DNA from: Octopus vulgaris
Lineage: Eukaryota
Direction: 5' to 3'
Length of the DNA stretch: 64,000 nt
Assembly (NCBI GenBank): GCA_951406725.2
Contig: OX597827.1
Location: forward strand, 78,740,001-78,804,000
The notes under the pieces were generated by a model. It searched no databases, was not told the origin of the DNA, and saw only the letters and a list, made by a program, of their open reading frames with translations. Positions 52,345 through 63,586 of the stretch are shown piece after piece (position 1 is the stretch's first letter; every line of letters begins with the position of its first letter). Both the position numbers and the translations under genes were made by a program.

Positions 52345-53125
52345 TATCTTCCATGGTATACATGGGGGCCATGGAGTTGGTACTAGAAATGAACAGGGAA
52401 CTAGGTTCCTGTAGTTCTGTGATGCAGATAACCTATTGATCTGCAGCACCAACATCAGGAAGCCATCTGATAGCCAATCAATCAGGTGACTCTGCTAGCC
52501 AGATCAATTTCATTCTCACAAGACAGCGGGATGCAGGGTTGCTCTTAAATACAACCCCCCCCCTGGTGAAGAATGTACCCCACAACATAGACTAATTATT
52601 AGTGACTTTAGACTTGAGGTCAGAAGGATGCCAATCTGGAAAAGAATGACTTGGAAGCTTAAGAACCCATGGTCAGAGATTTAGGGATATCCTTACCGAG
52701 AAATTTGATGATAGGGAGGAGGAGCTACAGTCCTGTGACATAGAAGGCAGCTGAGAATTCCTGTGAGACAGCTTGCTGAGTGCCACAGACCAAATCTGTG
52801 GCTGTTGCAAAGTCCCTTCCAAAGCTAGTGTAACTTGGTGATGGAACAACACTGTAGACAGGAATATTAGAGCAAAGAAACAGGCCTGGAATGCTTGGAA
52901 GAGTGGGAGTAGGAGGAGAATGTATCAGATAGCCAAAAGGGAAGCTAAGAGACAGGTATATATAGCCAAGGGAGTAGCAGTAAAGAAGTTTGTCAATGCT
53001 CATCGATGTGAGGACCAGAGAACTGAAGTATTTCGGATTGCAAAAATAGAGTGTGAGAGAAAACCATTAGGTCATAGGAGAGAAATGTGTTTGCATGGAT
53101 GATGGTGCCCTTGAGTTTAATGATT
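52345..53125 (+). mobile_element. RTE-clade LINE fragment (end of endonuclease and linker)
   Basis: Translates to HGGHGVGTRNEQGTRFL, QIxFIL, PQHRLIISD and YQIAKREAKRQV. Confidence 0.7.
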
Positions 53126-53142
53126 CAATGATTCTGTAGAGA

Positions 53143-54170
53143 ATCAAATATAATTTTACTTGTGCTTCAGAAAACCTGATTTATGTCATAAGATGCTCAG
53201 ACTGCCACCAAAACTACATAGGATCCACAGGATTATCACTCAGACGCAGATGCACTCTGCATCGACAGCAGATTGCATTCCCAGAATACAGAATGATACC
53301 CTTTAGTGAACATATTGAGAAATGCGCAAAGCAATTACTATCACAATTTATAATCTTTCCATTCTATCAATGTGCCATTGGAACACCAACACAAGTTAGA
53401 TTAAATAAGGAAACCTTCTTCATTGAAAAATATAAGCCAAAACTTAACCATTTCTAATATTTTTAAATAAGGAAACTCACCTCATTGAAAAAATATAAAA
53501 CAAAACCTAACCACTTGTAACATCCTATTCCTTCTAAACCAAATCATGTTTAATTAGTCATTCCCAACATGTTTGATTATCTCCCTTATACCAGAAAAAA
53601 TCCTTGATTACCTTCTCCTGCCAGGAACTCCATATTCCACAACATAGCGAAGACATGACACAATATAAGTAAAGAAATTTGAGAAATTTGAAAAAAAAAT
53701 ACGAAACCAGTTATTTCTCCAAAAACTATGTTACTATATGCAAAATTTTCTAACATTTTTCTAACATAACGACTTAAATATATTCTTTAACCATATAACA
53801 CAAGCCTTCTGTAGTTTTTTCACTCTTTTTGTTTTATATATATATGTCCTGTTATTATTATTGTTATTTTTATTGTATTCTTGTATTTATATTCGTGTAA
53901 CATCGTCTGTTTTTCCGTCCTTGTTTCGTATACATTCAATGCTTTTTTCCAAGGAATCTAATGCTCTTAGCTTAGTTTTTCCTTGGGGCTGGCCAGATTG
54001 GAGCAATCTCAAGATTAATCAGCCAAAATTGCAAGGATGACCCAGTTCTTGACTGAAGATAAAAGGCTTCAAATGACCCATCCTTGTTTTTTTGTATCGT
54101 CTATCTGGATGTTTTGTTGTCCCGTTTTGTTTCACCTAGTTGTCCGGATGTTTTGCTTTCTTGTCCCATT
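53143..54170 (+). mobile_element. Penelope-like element 3' end: GIY-YIG endonuclease C-terminus (53143-53457) plus downstream UTR/pLTR
   Basis: An open frame without an early ATG, missed by the ORF track, reads IKYNFTCASENLIYVIRCSDCHQNYIGSTGLSLRRRCTLH...FSEHIEKC...KETFFIEKYKPKLNHF*. This gives the LIY-CxxC-YIG signature. Confidence 0.85.
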
Positions 54171-54311
54171 TTGTATTTTATTTTATATATATATAATATA
54201 CATATGTGCAGATGTAAGTACACATATACATGCATATATATATATATATGCATGTATATATGTGAGATAATAGTTTCACTTTTAATACTTTCAGTATTAA
54301 AACTGAAATTA

Positions 54312-54774
54312 TCTTAGATTACAATAGAGATATTATTGTTTCACTTTTGACACTTAATACTGAAATTGTGTAAGAGATAAGAGATTTATCCAGTCTTGCA
54401 TCAGGCAAGATGTTGAAAATTGTTTTGGCCCATGACACTGCATGAACCCTAAGTAAGGCATGTGTAAAATTTGAATGAAATCAGATGCGTAATTCTTGAA
54501 TTTTTGTGATGCACACATATAGACACACAGACAGACAGATACACATTCTCAGTTTTATATATATAGATTACAATACAGATGTTATTGTTTCAATTTTGAC
54601 ACATGATACAGCATAAGAGATTGCTCTGGGCTCACGTTAAGCAAGATAGGCAAGAAGTTGAAAGTGTTTTTGACCCATGACACTCCATGGACCCTAAGTA
54701 ATACATGTGTAAAATTTGAATGAAACCGGTCGGGTAGTTCTTGAGTGTAGTGTTGCACACATACAGACAGACTG

Positions 54775-54790
<16 letters not shown>
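54312..54790 (-). mobile_element. Two tandem ~250-bp copies of a Helitron-like 5' end
   Basis: TAGATTACAATA...TTTTGACAC...CCCATGACAC..CATG.ACCCTAAGTAA..CATGTGTAAAATTTGAATGAAA is repeated. The minus strand has an ATCTATATATATAAAA plus (CTGT)n start at ~54569. Confidence 0.6.
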
Positions 54791-54813
<23 letters not shown>

Positions 54814-55137
54814 TTGATAATAGTGGTGGAAGTGGGACAGGAAATAGGAATCTAATGAGAAGAAAAATACATCCCAAGAGACAATAGGTCCAAGAGATGG
54901 AAAGTGAAAAAGGGTTCATCAGATTAACAGTTCAAATGACTAACAGAAATTTTAGAATCAATCAAAATGGTCAGTCAGGTGACTGATGTGTGTGCTTATA
55001 CACACACACACAGAAGCATACATTATATATATATATATATATATATATAGGGAGAGTTTACGAAAAAAACAAAAGACGAAGACAGGTGTTGTACAAAACA
55101 AACAGATGTATTAGTATAACGCTCAGGAATAGAAAAA

Positions 55138-55179
55138 GTCTTTTACGTTTCGAGCCTACGCTCTTCTCCAGAAAGGGAC
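55138..55179 (-). ncRNA. Minimal type I hammerhead ribozyme-like motif (one core substitution)
   Basis: Minus strand reads GTCCCTTT-CTGGAGA-A-GAGC-GTAG-GCTC-GAAA-CG-TA-AAAGAC. Stem III is palindromic ACGT and stem I is CTTT/AAAG. Confidence 0.55.
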
Positions 55180-55238
55180 ACAGAAAAAACAAGGAGAGAA
55201 AAAAATGTGTGTGGGTAGTGGCTAACGATCTATCATGG

Positions 55239-55289
<51 letters not shown>

Positions 55290-56140
55290 CATGCACACAA
55301 ACACACACATGCATACATTTTATACACACACACATTCACAAACATGTGACTGAATTTTACTAAATTCAAATTTACCTTGGTTGTGTGTGTGTGTGTGTAT
55401 TATGTGTATGGTATTTTATATATACATATATATTACATATGGTACCATGGAGCTGTTTTTATGTGTGTGTGTGATGGGATAAACAGAATATGTTAGTTTG
55501 TATCCAAAATGGCCAAAACCTTTGCTAATCTCCCCACTTTATGCGGACATTTGTAGCAAATTTACTTTCTGTAAACTTACATTAAAAGGCAAATCGTGGC
55601 CAGAAGCCTGAGATGAAAATAGGATTTCTCTCCAGTCACAACCTGTAATATTTTGTGACTGAGAGGTTTGCAGGTTGATTAATATTTATAAGGTATGGAT
55701 AATAAAATATTTACACGATGACAATTGGGAAATCCAGTTGCAATTATAAAACTTCGTTATTTAACTCAATTTCTTGTTAAGCCAATCAGAATCTGCCAAT
55801 ATTCTTTTGCTTAATCTCATTTGGAGAAGCAAATTCCTCGGCAACTGTGATTGGATTTATTTTGTCTGTCCATCCTTTGTGATACAAAATTGTAGCCACC
55901 GGAGAATTTAATCTTTCTAAACCAAAGACATGACTTTACTCATTTCACAAGAGAAAGTGGTTTGTTCAGCTACGGCCAATGTTGCAGGAATTATCAGAAA
56001 CCGTTTATATTGCCATTGGCTATTTCTTCATTCAAATAGTCTACGATATCTACCAAATGCCAGATCTCTTTCATATAGGAATTTCTAATGCTGGCTGTTG
56101 AGCCATTACAGAATTAATGTCCATGTCAGCAGATCTTTCT

Positions 56141-56578
56141 TTAACCCTTTAGCACATCAAATTTCTCTTTAAAATGTAATTCTTATCCAGCGACATTGAT
56201 TTCAATTCGTTATGTGTCAGCATGTAGCTTTGAGATTTCAATGATGTGATTGCTAATTTTTAGAATAATATTGTAGGGTAGTTGTGAGAGGCTGGATGTG
56301 GCCATCTGAAGATAAAACAGGTAGATTACTGTGGCCAGATGTGGCTGGTTTAACCCTTTAGTGTTCACATTATTCTGCCAAAATTAATGCTTCTTCATCC
56401 ACATTGTTTTGAATTAATCATGCATTATCTTGTAGCTATGAGAATTTGATGAGGTAGCTGTTAATTTTTAAAATGATATTGTAGGGTTGGTGTGAGAGAC
56501 CAGATCTGGCCAGTTTGAACATAAAACAGGCAGAATACTTTTGGCCGGATATGGCCGGTTTAAATGCTGAAGTGTTAA
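56141..56578. mobile_element. Two tandem or nested TTAA-flanked piggyBac-like MITEs
   Basis: TTAA|CCCTTTAG occurs at 56141 and 56350, with homologous ~210-bp bodies. The right end TGCTGAAGTG|TTAA ends at 56578. Confidence 0.65.
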
Positions 56579-59500
56579 TAAAACTGGTTTCTGATGAAGT
56601 GTTCTCCTCATCACTAGAAGCAATGTCCCTTACCTGGACTCACCTGATCAAAGTGTTTGTTCATTGTTGTGTTTATGGTTTCGGAAGATGATAACCTCTG
56701 TCATAGTCTCTATTGTAGTCCCAAGCTATCAACAAAAATGCATTTCTCCCTAGTTTCAATTTTTAAGGGTCTCTCATTTTTGCAGAAATACAGATTTCCA
56801 AGACAGAATGATATAATAGGAATTTTCATTCCTTGTTTCTTTCAAAACTTGTTTAATAATAATTTCAGCTTTCCTCTGTCCATTCGTTGACCACAGTTTA
56901 ACTGTTTTGCAGTGACTTTGGTTATTTGGCTGTGTATACATGAGATGAGTGAAATTTAGGCCAAAGAAAAATTTGAACATTTTCATTTGAGTCTGGTTTC
57001 CAGTTTGATAGCCTCAAACTTTGGCAACCAAATGTGGCCACGGATTCTTGTTGATATGCAAATAAGACTAAAAACAATGATTGAGAATTCATTAAAAGCA
57101 ACAGCCTTTGTAGGATTTGAACTCAAAAACGTTAAAATTGACTAAATGCCACTAAGCATTTTAGCCAACATGCTAATGATTCTGCCAGCCCCACCACCTT
57201 ACATTAACCTTACATATTAATGATGTTAACCTATTCATATCTCTAATATCTTCTATGATGAGTTAGACATCTGTTGTTGGGCTGAGTTTAGGACTGAAAA
57301 CTGGATAATAGAATGATGTTCCACCTACCCGTGTGGTAGGAACAGACAAATTGTCATATTCTCTCTTCAGCTGAATCTTGACAAATATAATGAAGAAAGA
57401 CTTCAGGATTTAAGATTAGTTTCAAATCTTATTTCAAATTTACTTGCTGTTTGATATGGGACATGGAAGCTTAGACTTGTTGCTCTTGAAACGGTCATTT
57501 TCCAAAATTCTGACAATCATCATCATCATTGTGGTTATCATTTAATGTAGATGTTCCCTGCTGGCATCGGTTGAACAGTAACCTGTGTGTTTCTATCATG
57601 CTGTTGTTTTCAATTCTTTGCAGGAATTATTTTAAATCATAAAAATATTATTTCCTCAATAAAAGAATTGTTTACATCAGAAAGGCTTAATTGATAAACT
57701 AAAATAAATAACAATTCCCATTAGAAATACAAAATTATCAAACTAATTATCTGCTTTGTAGAACATTAGAATCAGATGAAAATTAGTCCGGCTTCATGTT
57801 GGCAACAAGTTAATCTCTCTGTAAGTTAAGCAGAAATCTTGAAGCTTGTGACTTGGAAGTAAGGGTATTTGGCTCACCATCGTAAGGCCATGAATTCATT
57901 ACCTGGTGACATATTATGTCCTTGAGCAAGACACTTTATTTTCATGTTGCTCCAGTTCACTCAGCCAGAAAAAAATGTTGTATCTGTAATTCCAAGTCCA
58001 GCCTTGTCACATCTTGTGTCGTTTTGAATCTCCCTGAGAACTACACGAAGAGTACGTGTGTCTGTGGAGTTCTTGACCATTTCTACATAAATTTCATGAG
58101 CAAACTCTTCTGTTGGTTGCATCAATTTGAACCCTCATCATTGTAACCAATTTAACCAGAAATCTATGTTGAGTGTGACAGAACCCCTTTCAAGGTTTTG
58201 CAAAGACAGACTTGGATGGGCATCTTTGTCTTCATCTTCATGTACACATAAAGCTGGACCCCTTCCTGTCAGGTGTCCCAGATGAACCAACTTCGCGGCA
58301 GGAGGTGCAGATGAGGGCAGCTGCATCAGACTCTCTCATGCACCAAATGTTAATTGCTAAAAAGCATTCGTGAAGTAAAATCATGTAGTAACACCAAATG
58401 GTGGTGCCCCAGCATGGCCACAGCTCGTGAGCTGAAACTAGATGAAATAAAAAAAAAATTTTTTTTAATTGACATTGTTTCCTTTCACATTCGTGTATTC
58501 AGCTGTTATTTCCTGCAAAAAGGCTTATGTCTAAGGGTATATAAGTTGAAAAGACTAAAAGCAAGGCACATACACACAATTTTAATTTGAGCGTCAGATA
58601 TATTATCTGTTTTTATCTCTCTTTGTAATAATTTTTATATTTGATAAAGAAAACATTATTATTGTCTTTATATATTTATTTATACGTTTGTTTATATATG
58701 TTTTAATTAATTGCAGCATTCGTCACAGCTGGAATACAATCATGAGTGACTTGTGTTGGAGACTAGACAGGTAAGTGGTCCCCTTTTGGTGTTAGCGAGG
58801 CAAGGGAGCCTGAAGGGGGTCTATTTTGGTGAATGGTGGATAGGAATGGTTCACAGAATGGGATAAATGATTTTTCTGTGCGAAAGAGAAGCCTACAGTT
58901 TGTGGCAGAACCATGGTGGTGATTGTGGCAGTAGGGAAGTGGTGGATATAGAGATTGTGAGTAGTGAGAGAGAATTGTTATAATGGTGAAGAACGGGGAG
59001 GTGATTGAGGGAAGCAAGTGTTAGGTGGAGGGGTAACAGGGAAAATATGCACACAAGCCTGCATGCTTGTGTGTATATATGTATGTATATTTATCATCAT
59101 TTTCACATTCCCATCTTTCCATACTTGCTTAGGCCAGATGGAATTCCCATGCTTTCATGGTTAAAGCAGATTTTCTATGCCTGGATGCCCTTCCTGTTGC
59201 TAACCTTCATTTTTCCAAAACTGGTTATACTTTCCTATGGTTGGACATTTCTTCATGAAAGACTGGAAACAAAGGACACCAATTGTGTGACAGTGACACT
59301 CATATACAAGTATCATGAGACGTTAACACACACACACACACACACACAATGGGTCTCCGGTTTCTGCTTACTGAATCCAATCAAAGAGCTTCCAACAGGA
59401 TCCAGTGAGATGGAGGATCACATCATGCTCCAATATCTGCTATGGTTGGATGCCTATAATGCCAGCTGCTTTACAATGTGGACTGGGTGCTTTTTTACTA

Positions 59501-60502
59501 AGTACCAGCACTGGTGAAGATTACTTTATAACTTTCAAGATGAAGGGCCTTAAGTGAGCCTTAAAGAATTAGAAGAGAAAGGGTATGATAATTCTAGGTG
59601 GGGAAGATTTGTGTGGGAGGGTAAGATAAGAGGAACATATTTATGTAGATGTGTGTGTGTGTGTGTATATGTATGCACACACACACGAATGCATATGAAT
59701 CTGCTCTGGTTGTTACCCTCGTACTAACACTTGTTATCTCCCCCTTCCTCCCCCACCACCTTCTATTTATCCACCCTCCCCAGTAAACATTCTTCTATTC
59801 ATGGTGAAAGGATCTGCTTGATACCTTTAATGTCTATTTTTCCTCACGACAAAATATTTTGTTCAGCTTTTGTGTTTTTGCGATGCAGTTTTGCCAGTTT
59901 TATTCCATTTTAACCATTTCCCAAGAAAATGAAAATAAATACAATGTCAGGGGAAATATTGGTGTTGCAGGTACAGGTTCTTTGTCAAGTTGTAGAAGAA
60001 AGAATAGAAAAGCAAAAAGTTCTGATGCCATGCAAATGTTATAGAAATAATAGAAGTCAGAAACGGGTAGATTGGGGTGTTCTGTCAGGGTAGAGAAACA
60101 TAGAGATAGACAGTGTCCAGAAATGTTGAATATGCTCAATAATAGTGATATTAAGGAACAGCAGAGAGAGAGAGTGTGTGTGTGTGTGTGCACTGATGTA
60201 TAACCATGTGGGGGAAAGGGTCAAGAAGTGTGATCCCTCAGATTTTGGTGTTTATTTTAACCAACAATTACAGTTTTCTATTCTTCTAATATTTGTGATT
60301 CTTTCTTTCTTCCTATTTTAGATTCCAAATTGCAAACTGTGAAATAAAAACCAGTTGGAGGTATTTGAATTCTGGTAAATTATTCTTTACAAAGTTTTGA
60401 AGAAAAATAAAGCAAGGCTCAGCCAATCCAAACAGTGAAATATCTTCACTTCTTGCAGCTCAGTTTGTTGTCTTAAGCTGATGTTTCACTGCTGATGTTA
60501 AC

Positions 60503-63500
60503 ATGGAACAGTATACGGACAACAAAAGTTTGTGTTCAAAGATTTGTGGACAAGACTGTCCCCAAAGACACAATTTACAGATGCAGAAATTTTCAAACTT
60601 GATGGAGAAGCCAACATTTCCAATTGATATTTATGGCAGACCTAGTTTACCAATCACTGGCCTTCCATACGCAGTTGATAACACAGCATTTTATACCAAT
60701 ATGTATTTGAAAGAATTTGCCCAAAGATCTTCCTTACATTTGCCCCATCTTGTTGAAAAAGCTTTCCATTCAAATTTGTACTCCAAAGAACTTGCCCAAA
60801 GACATTCGTATTTGTCTCAAAGAATGTCCTCTGGCCTCGAGAAAACTGTGCAGAACAATGACCTATATTCTAAAGATCTTTCTCTGAGATACTCGAAATC
60901 TCAGCATCACAAATCTCGTTCCACAACAAGCAGCAAAATGCCTCAAAGTGATGCCTATCCTAAAGATTACTCTCAACGGCTTCCAACATCCAGAAGTCAA
61001 GACAGCACCAACAAAATCTACCAAAATAGCAGTTACAAAGAAGATCTGTCCAACAACTTGGAACAACATTCTTCGATATCTCCAGAAATTACTAAAGATT
61101 CATCTCAGAGCAACTATTCTAAAGAGACCATACAAAGGTACACATATCCCATATTGAAGCAAATTTCATACAAATCATCCCATCGCAGACAAAACAGGGA
61201 ATATTCCCAGAGTATGAAGACCGCTAAGTTTTATTCTAACACAGAAAGCACCATTGACAATAAACATTACAACAAAGATCTCTTACATAATATCGGTAAA
61301 GACGGTATTTCTAGTAACCGGTATGACGGTAAAGATTTTTCTACTAGCAATCACCTTTATACTTCCAAGTCTCAGATAAGTCAAGCACATCAAGCCAACG
61401 ACAAAAATATTTATCCCAAAGACTACAGCAACCCACCAATATCTGTTCATAGCAGCTTTGTAAGGGACAAAAATTTACCCAGCTGGTACCACTTCATGCC
61501 AAATAAACATACTCAGACATTTCAATCCAGCATTTACAATAAACAAATGGCCGACAGTTCTGATTACCAAAATGCTCCTTTGGATGTGTCAAAGAAATCA
61601 ATGCTCAATAATGTTGGTTCCAATGATCTGTCATCTGAAACAGTGTACCATTCCACTCCTGTGGTGTCTTCTATTTCTAATGCAGTGGTTAAGGATAAAG
61701 AACTCGATCTGGTTTGCAATAAGAAAGAGGATTATCCTGTGGATTACCACCAAGAGCCTGTCGGTCCGGTGCTTATAGATTTGGATAAGAAATCAATTGA
61801 TTTACTCAAAACTTCTACTGAGGGGGAGGAATTTCTCCAAGAATCCTTGAATCCACCAATGCAGTTGTCTCTGGAAAATAATCCCAACCATGATGAAAAA
61901 CCATCTCTCAGTACCATGAACAGTTATAACGACTGTTCACTTGCAAATTCTTCATTCCTAGAAACGTCTGATCTACAAGACGATTTTAAAAAAGACAAGC
62001 CATTTCAATTGAGCCTCAACGATAATTATTCTCCCCACTTGTCAAATAGTCATGACTCTAACTTTGACTCCAAATGCAATGGTTCCGCAGCGAAAAGCTT
62101 CCAGTGTAAGATCTGCCTGAAGCAGTTTGCTCAGCGATATTACTTACAAATCCATCACCGTATACACACAGGAGAGAAGCCGTTCCACTGTGATCTCTGT
62201 CCGAAACAATTTGTACGGAAAGACTCTCTACAAATCCACAGACGCTCCCACACTGGCGAAAGACCGTTCCAGTGTGATATTTGTCTGAAACATTTTGCAC
62301 AAAAACATTATTTGCTGATCCATGAAAAGACTCACAGCAATGAAAAGCCATTCAAATGTGATATATGCTTCAAACATTTTGCTCAGAGACATTACTTGCA
62401 GGTCCATCAAAAGACACACACTGGCCAGAAACATTATGAATGTGATATCTGTAAAGAACAGTTTACCCATAAAGATTACCTTCAAATTCACAGGCGTAGT
62501 CACACAGGTGAGAAACCATTTCAATGTGACATGTGTATTCAGAAGTTTTCTCGTAAAGATACGTTGGTTATCCACAGACGTATTCACACAGGTGAAAAGC
62601 CGTTCGAGTGTAACTTTTGTCACAAGATGTTTGCACAGAGAAGTAAGTTGCACATCCATAAACGGACACACATTCGCAAGAAATCGCATCAGTGCAACGT
62701 GTGTCAGAAACAGTTTGCTCAGCGCTATTATCTGCACATCCACATGCAGTCGCACTCAGACGAGAAACCATTCAAATGTAATTATTGCCAGAAGCCATTT
62801 GCACAGAAATATTACCTTCATATTCATCAACGGGTTCATACTGGAGAGAAACCATTCAGCTGTGAAGTGTGCCTGAAACGCTTCGCTCGTAGAGATACTC
62901 TTCAGGTTCACAAGCGAACGCACACAGGTGAAAAACCATTCCAATGTGAGATCTGTAACCAACTGTTTGCCCAGAAAGACAAACTTCAAATTCACAAGCG
63001 TACACACTCGGGCGAAAAGCCATTTTGTTGTGATTATTGTAGCAGGCAATTTTCACAGCGAAATACACTGCAGCTTCATCTTCGAATTCATACTGGAGAA
63101 AAGCCTTTCAAATGTGAAATCTGCCACAAGAACTTTGCTCAGCGGAATTATTTGGTGATTCACAGACGAACACACACCGGAGAGAAACCATTCCATTGCG
63201 AAAAATGTGGTCAGAAATTTGCTCGCCAAGACACCCTGCAGATCCACTTGCGTACCCACATGGGGATACACCCTGTCCCCTGCGAGATCTGTGGTAGGAA
63301 ATTTATAAATATGGAGAAGCTGCAAATTCATAAAGATTCGGTTCATGATAACGGCGGCAGTGACAATGGTAATGCGAATGAGAACAATACGGAAGCGAGG
63401 GAGAAAGAACTGACCATGTTGTGTGATGTTTCTCCAAAGACTGAAGAATATGTCTTACAGGAAGGTGGAGATATTGTGTCAGCTGAGACGGCAGGGACAG

Positions 63501-63586
63501 AAGAAGACGCAGAGGAAGGAGACAAAGCTGAGAAACCTATCCATGAATTTCCATCAGTCACTAACTACCTGTGGCACACTATTTAA
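60503..63586 (+). CDS. C2H2 zinc-finger protein, 1027 aa (15 tandem fingers, long Ser/Tyr/Lys/Gln-rich N-terminus, acidic tail)
   Basis: Uninterrupted ORF with 15 CxxC...HxxxH units at ~62099-63347 and TGEKPF linkers. PLDVS motif at 61577-61591. A polypyrimidine tract plus AG acceptor (CTTTCTTTCTTCCTATTTTAG) ends at 60321. Confidence 0.96.
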   Translation: MEQYTDNKSLCSKICGQDCPQRHNLQMQKFSNLMEKPTFPIDIYGRPSLPITGLPYAVDNTAFYTNMYLKEFAQRSSLHLPHLVEKAFHSNLYSKELAQRHSYLSQRMSSGLEKTVQNNDLYSKDLSLRYSKSQHHKSRSTTSSKMPQSDAYPKDYSQRLPTSRSQDSTNKIYQNSSYKEDLSNNLEQHSSISPEITKDSSQSNYSKETIQRYTYPILKQISYKSSHRRQNREYSQSMKTAKFYSNTESTIDNKHYNKDLLHNIGKDGISSNRYDGKDFSTSNHLYTSKSQISQAHQANDKNIYPKDYSNPPISVHSSFVRDKNLPSWYHFMPNKHTQTFQSSIYNKQMADSSDYQNAPLDVSKKSMLNNVGSNDLSSETVYHSTPVVSSISNAVVKDKELDLVCNKKEDYPVDYHQEPVGPVLIDLDKKSIDLLKTSTEGEEFLQESLNPPMQLSLENNPNHDEKPSLSTMNSYNDCSLANSSFLETSDLQDDFKKDKPFQLSLNDNYSPHLSNSHDSNFDSKCNGSAAKSFQCKICLKQFAQRYYLQIHHRIHTGEKPFHCDLCPKQFVRKDSLQIHRRSHTGERPFQCDICLKHFAQKHYLLIHEKTHSNEKPFKCDICFKHFAQRHYLQVHQKTHTGQKHYECDICKEQFTHKDYLQIHRRSHTGEKPFQCDMCIQKFSRKDTLVIHRRIHTGEKPFECNFCHKMFAQRSKLHIHKRTHIRKKSHQCNVCQKQFAQRYYLHIHMQSHSDEKPFKCNYCQKPFAQKYYLHIHQRVHTGEKPFSCEVCLKRFARRDTLQVHKRTHTGEKPFQCEICNQLFAQKDKLQIHKRTHSGEKPFCCDYCSRQFSQRNTLQLHLRIHTGEKPFKCEICHKNFAQRNYLVIHRRTHTGEKPFHCEKCGQKFARQDTLQIHLRTHMGIHPVPCEICGRKFINMEKLQIHKDSVHDNGGSDNGNANENNTEAREKELTMLCDVSPKTEEYVLQEGGDIVSAETAGTEEDAEEGDKAEKPIHEFPSVTNYLWHTI

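Noticed and set aside
53987-54024. Possible hammerhead downstream of the GIY-YIG frame (GGCTG...GAG CAAT CTC...CAGCC)
   Set aside because: The stems are suggestive, but both conserved core segments are too degenerate to call.
59005-59517. 170-aa ORF upstream of the large ZNF
   Set aside because: It has a non-ATG start and is made of decayed repeat fragments and a (CA)n tract, with no protein-like motifs.
62058-63561. Antisense and alternate-frame ORFs over the finger array (also 11950-13317)
   Set aside because: They are shadow ORFs expected from repetitive zinc-finger codons, with no independent coding features.
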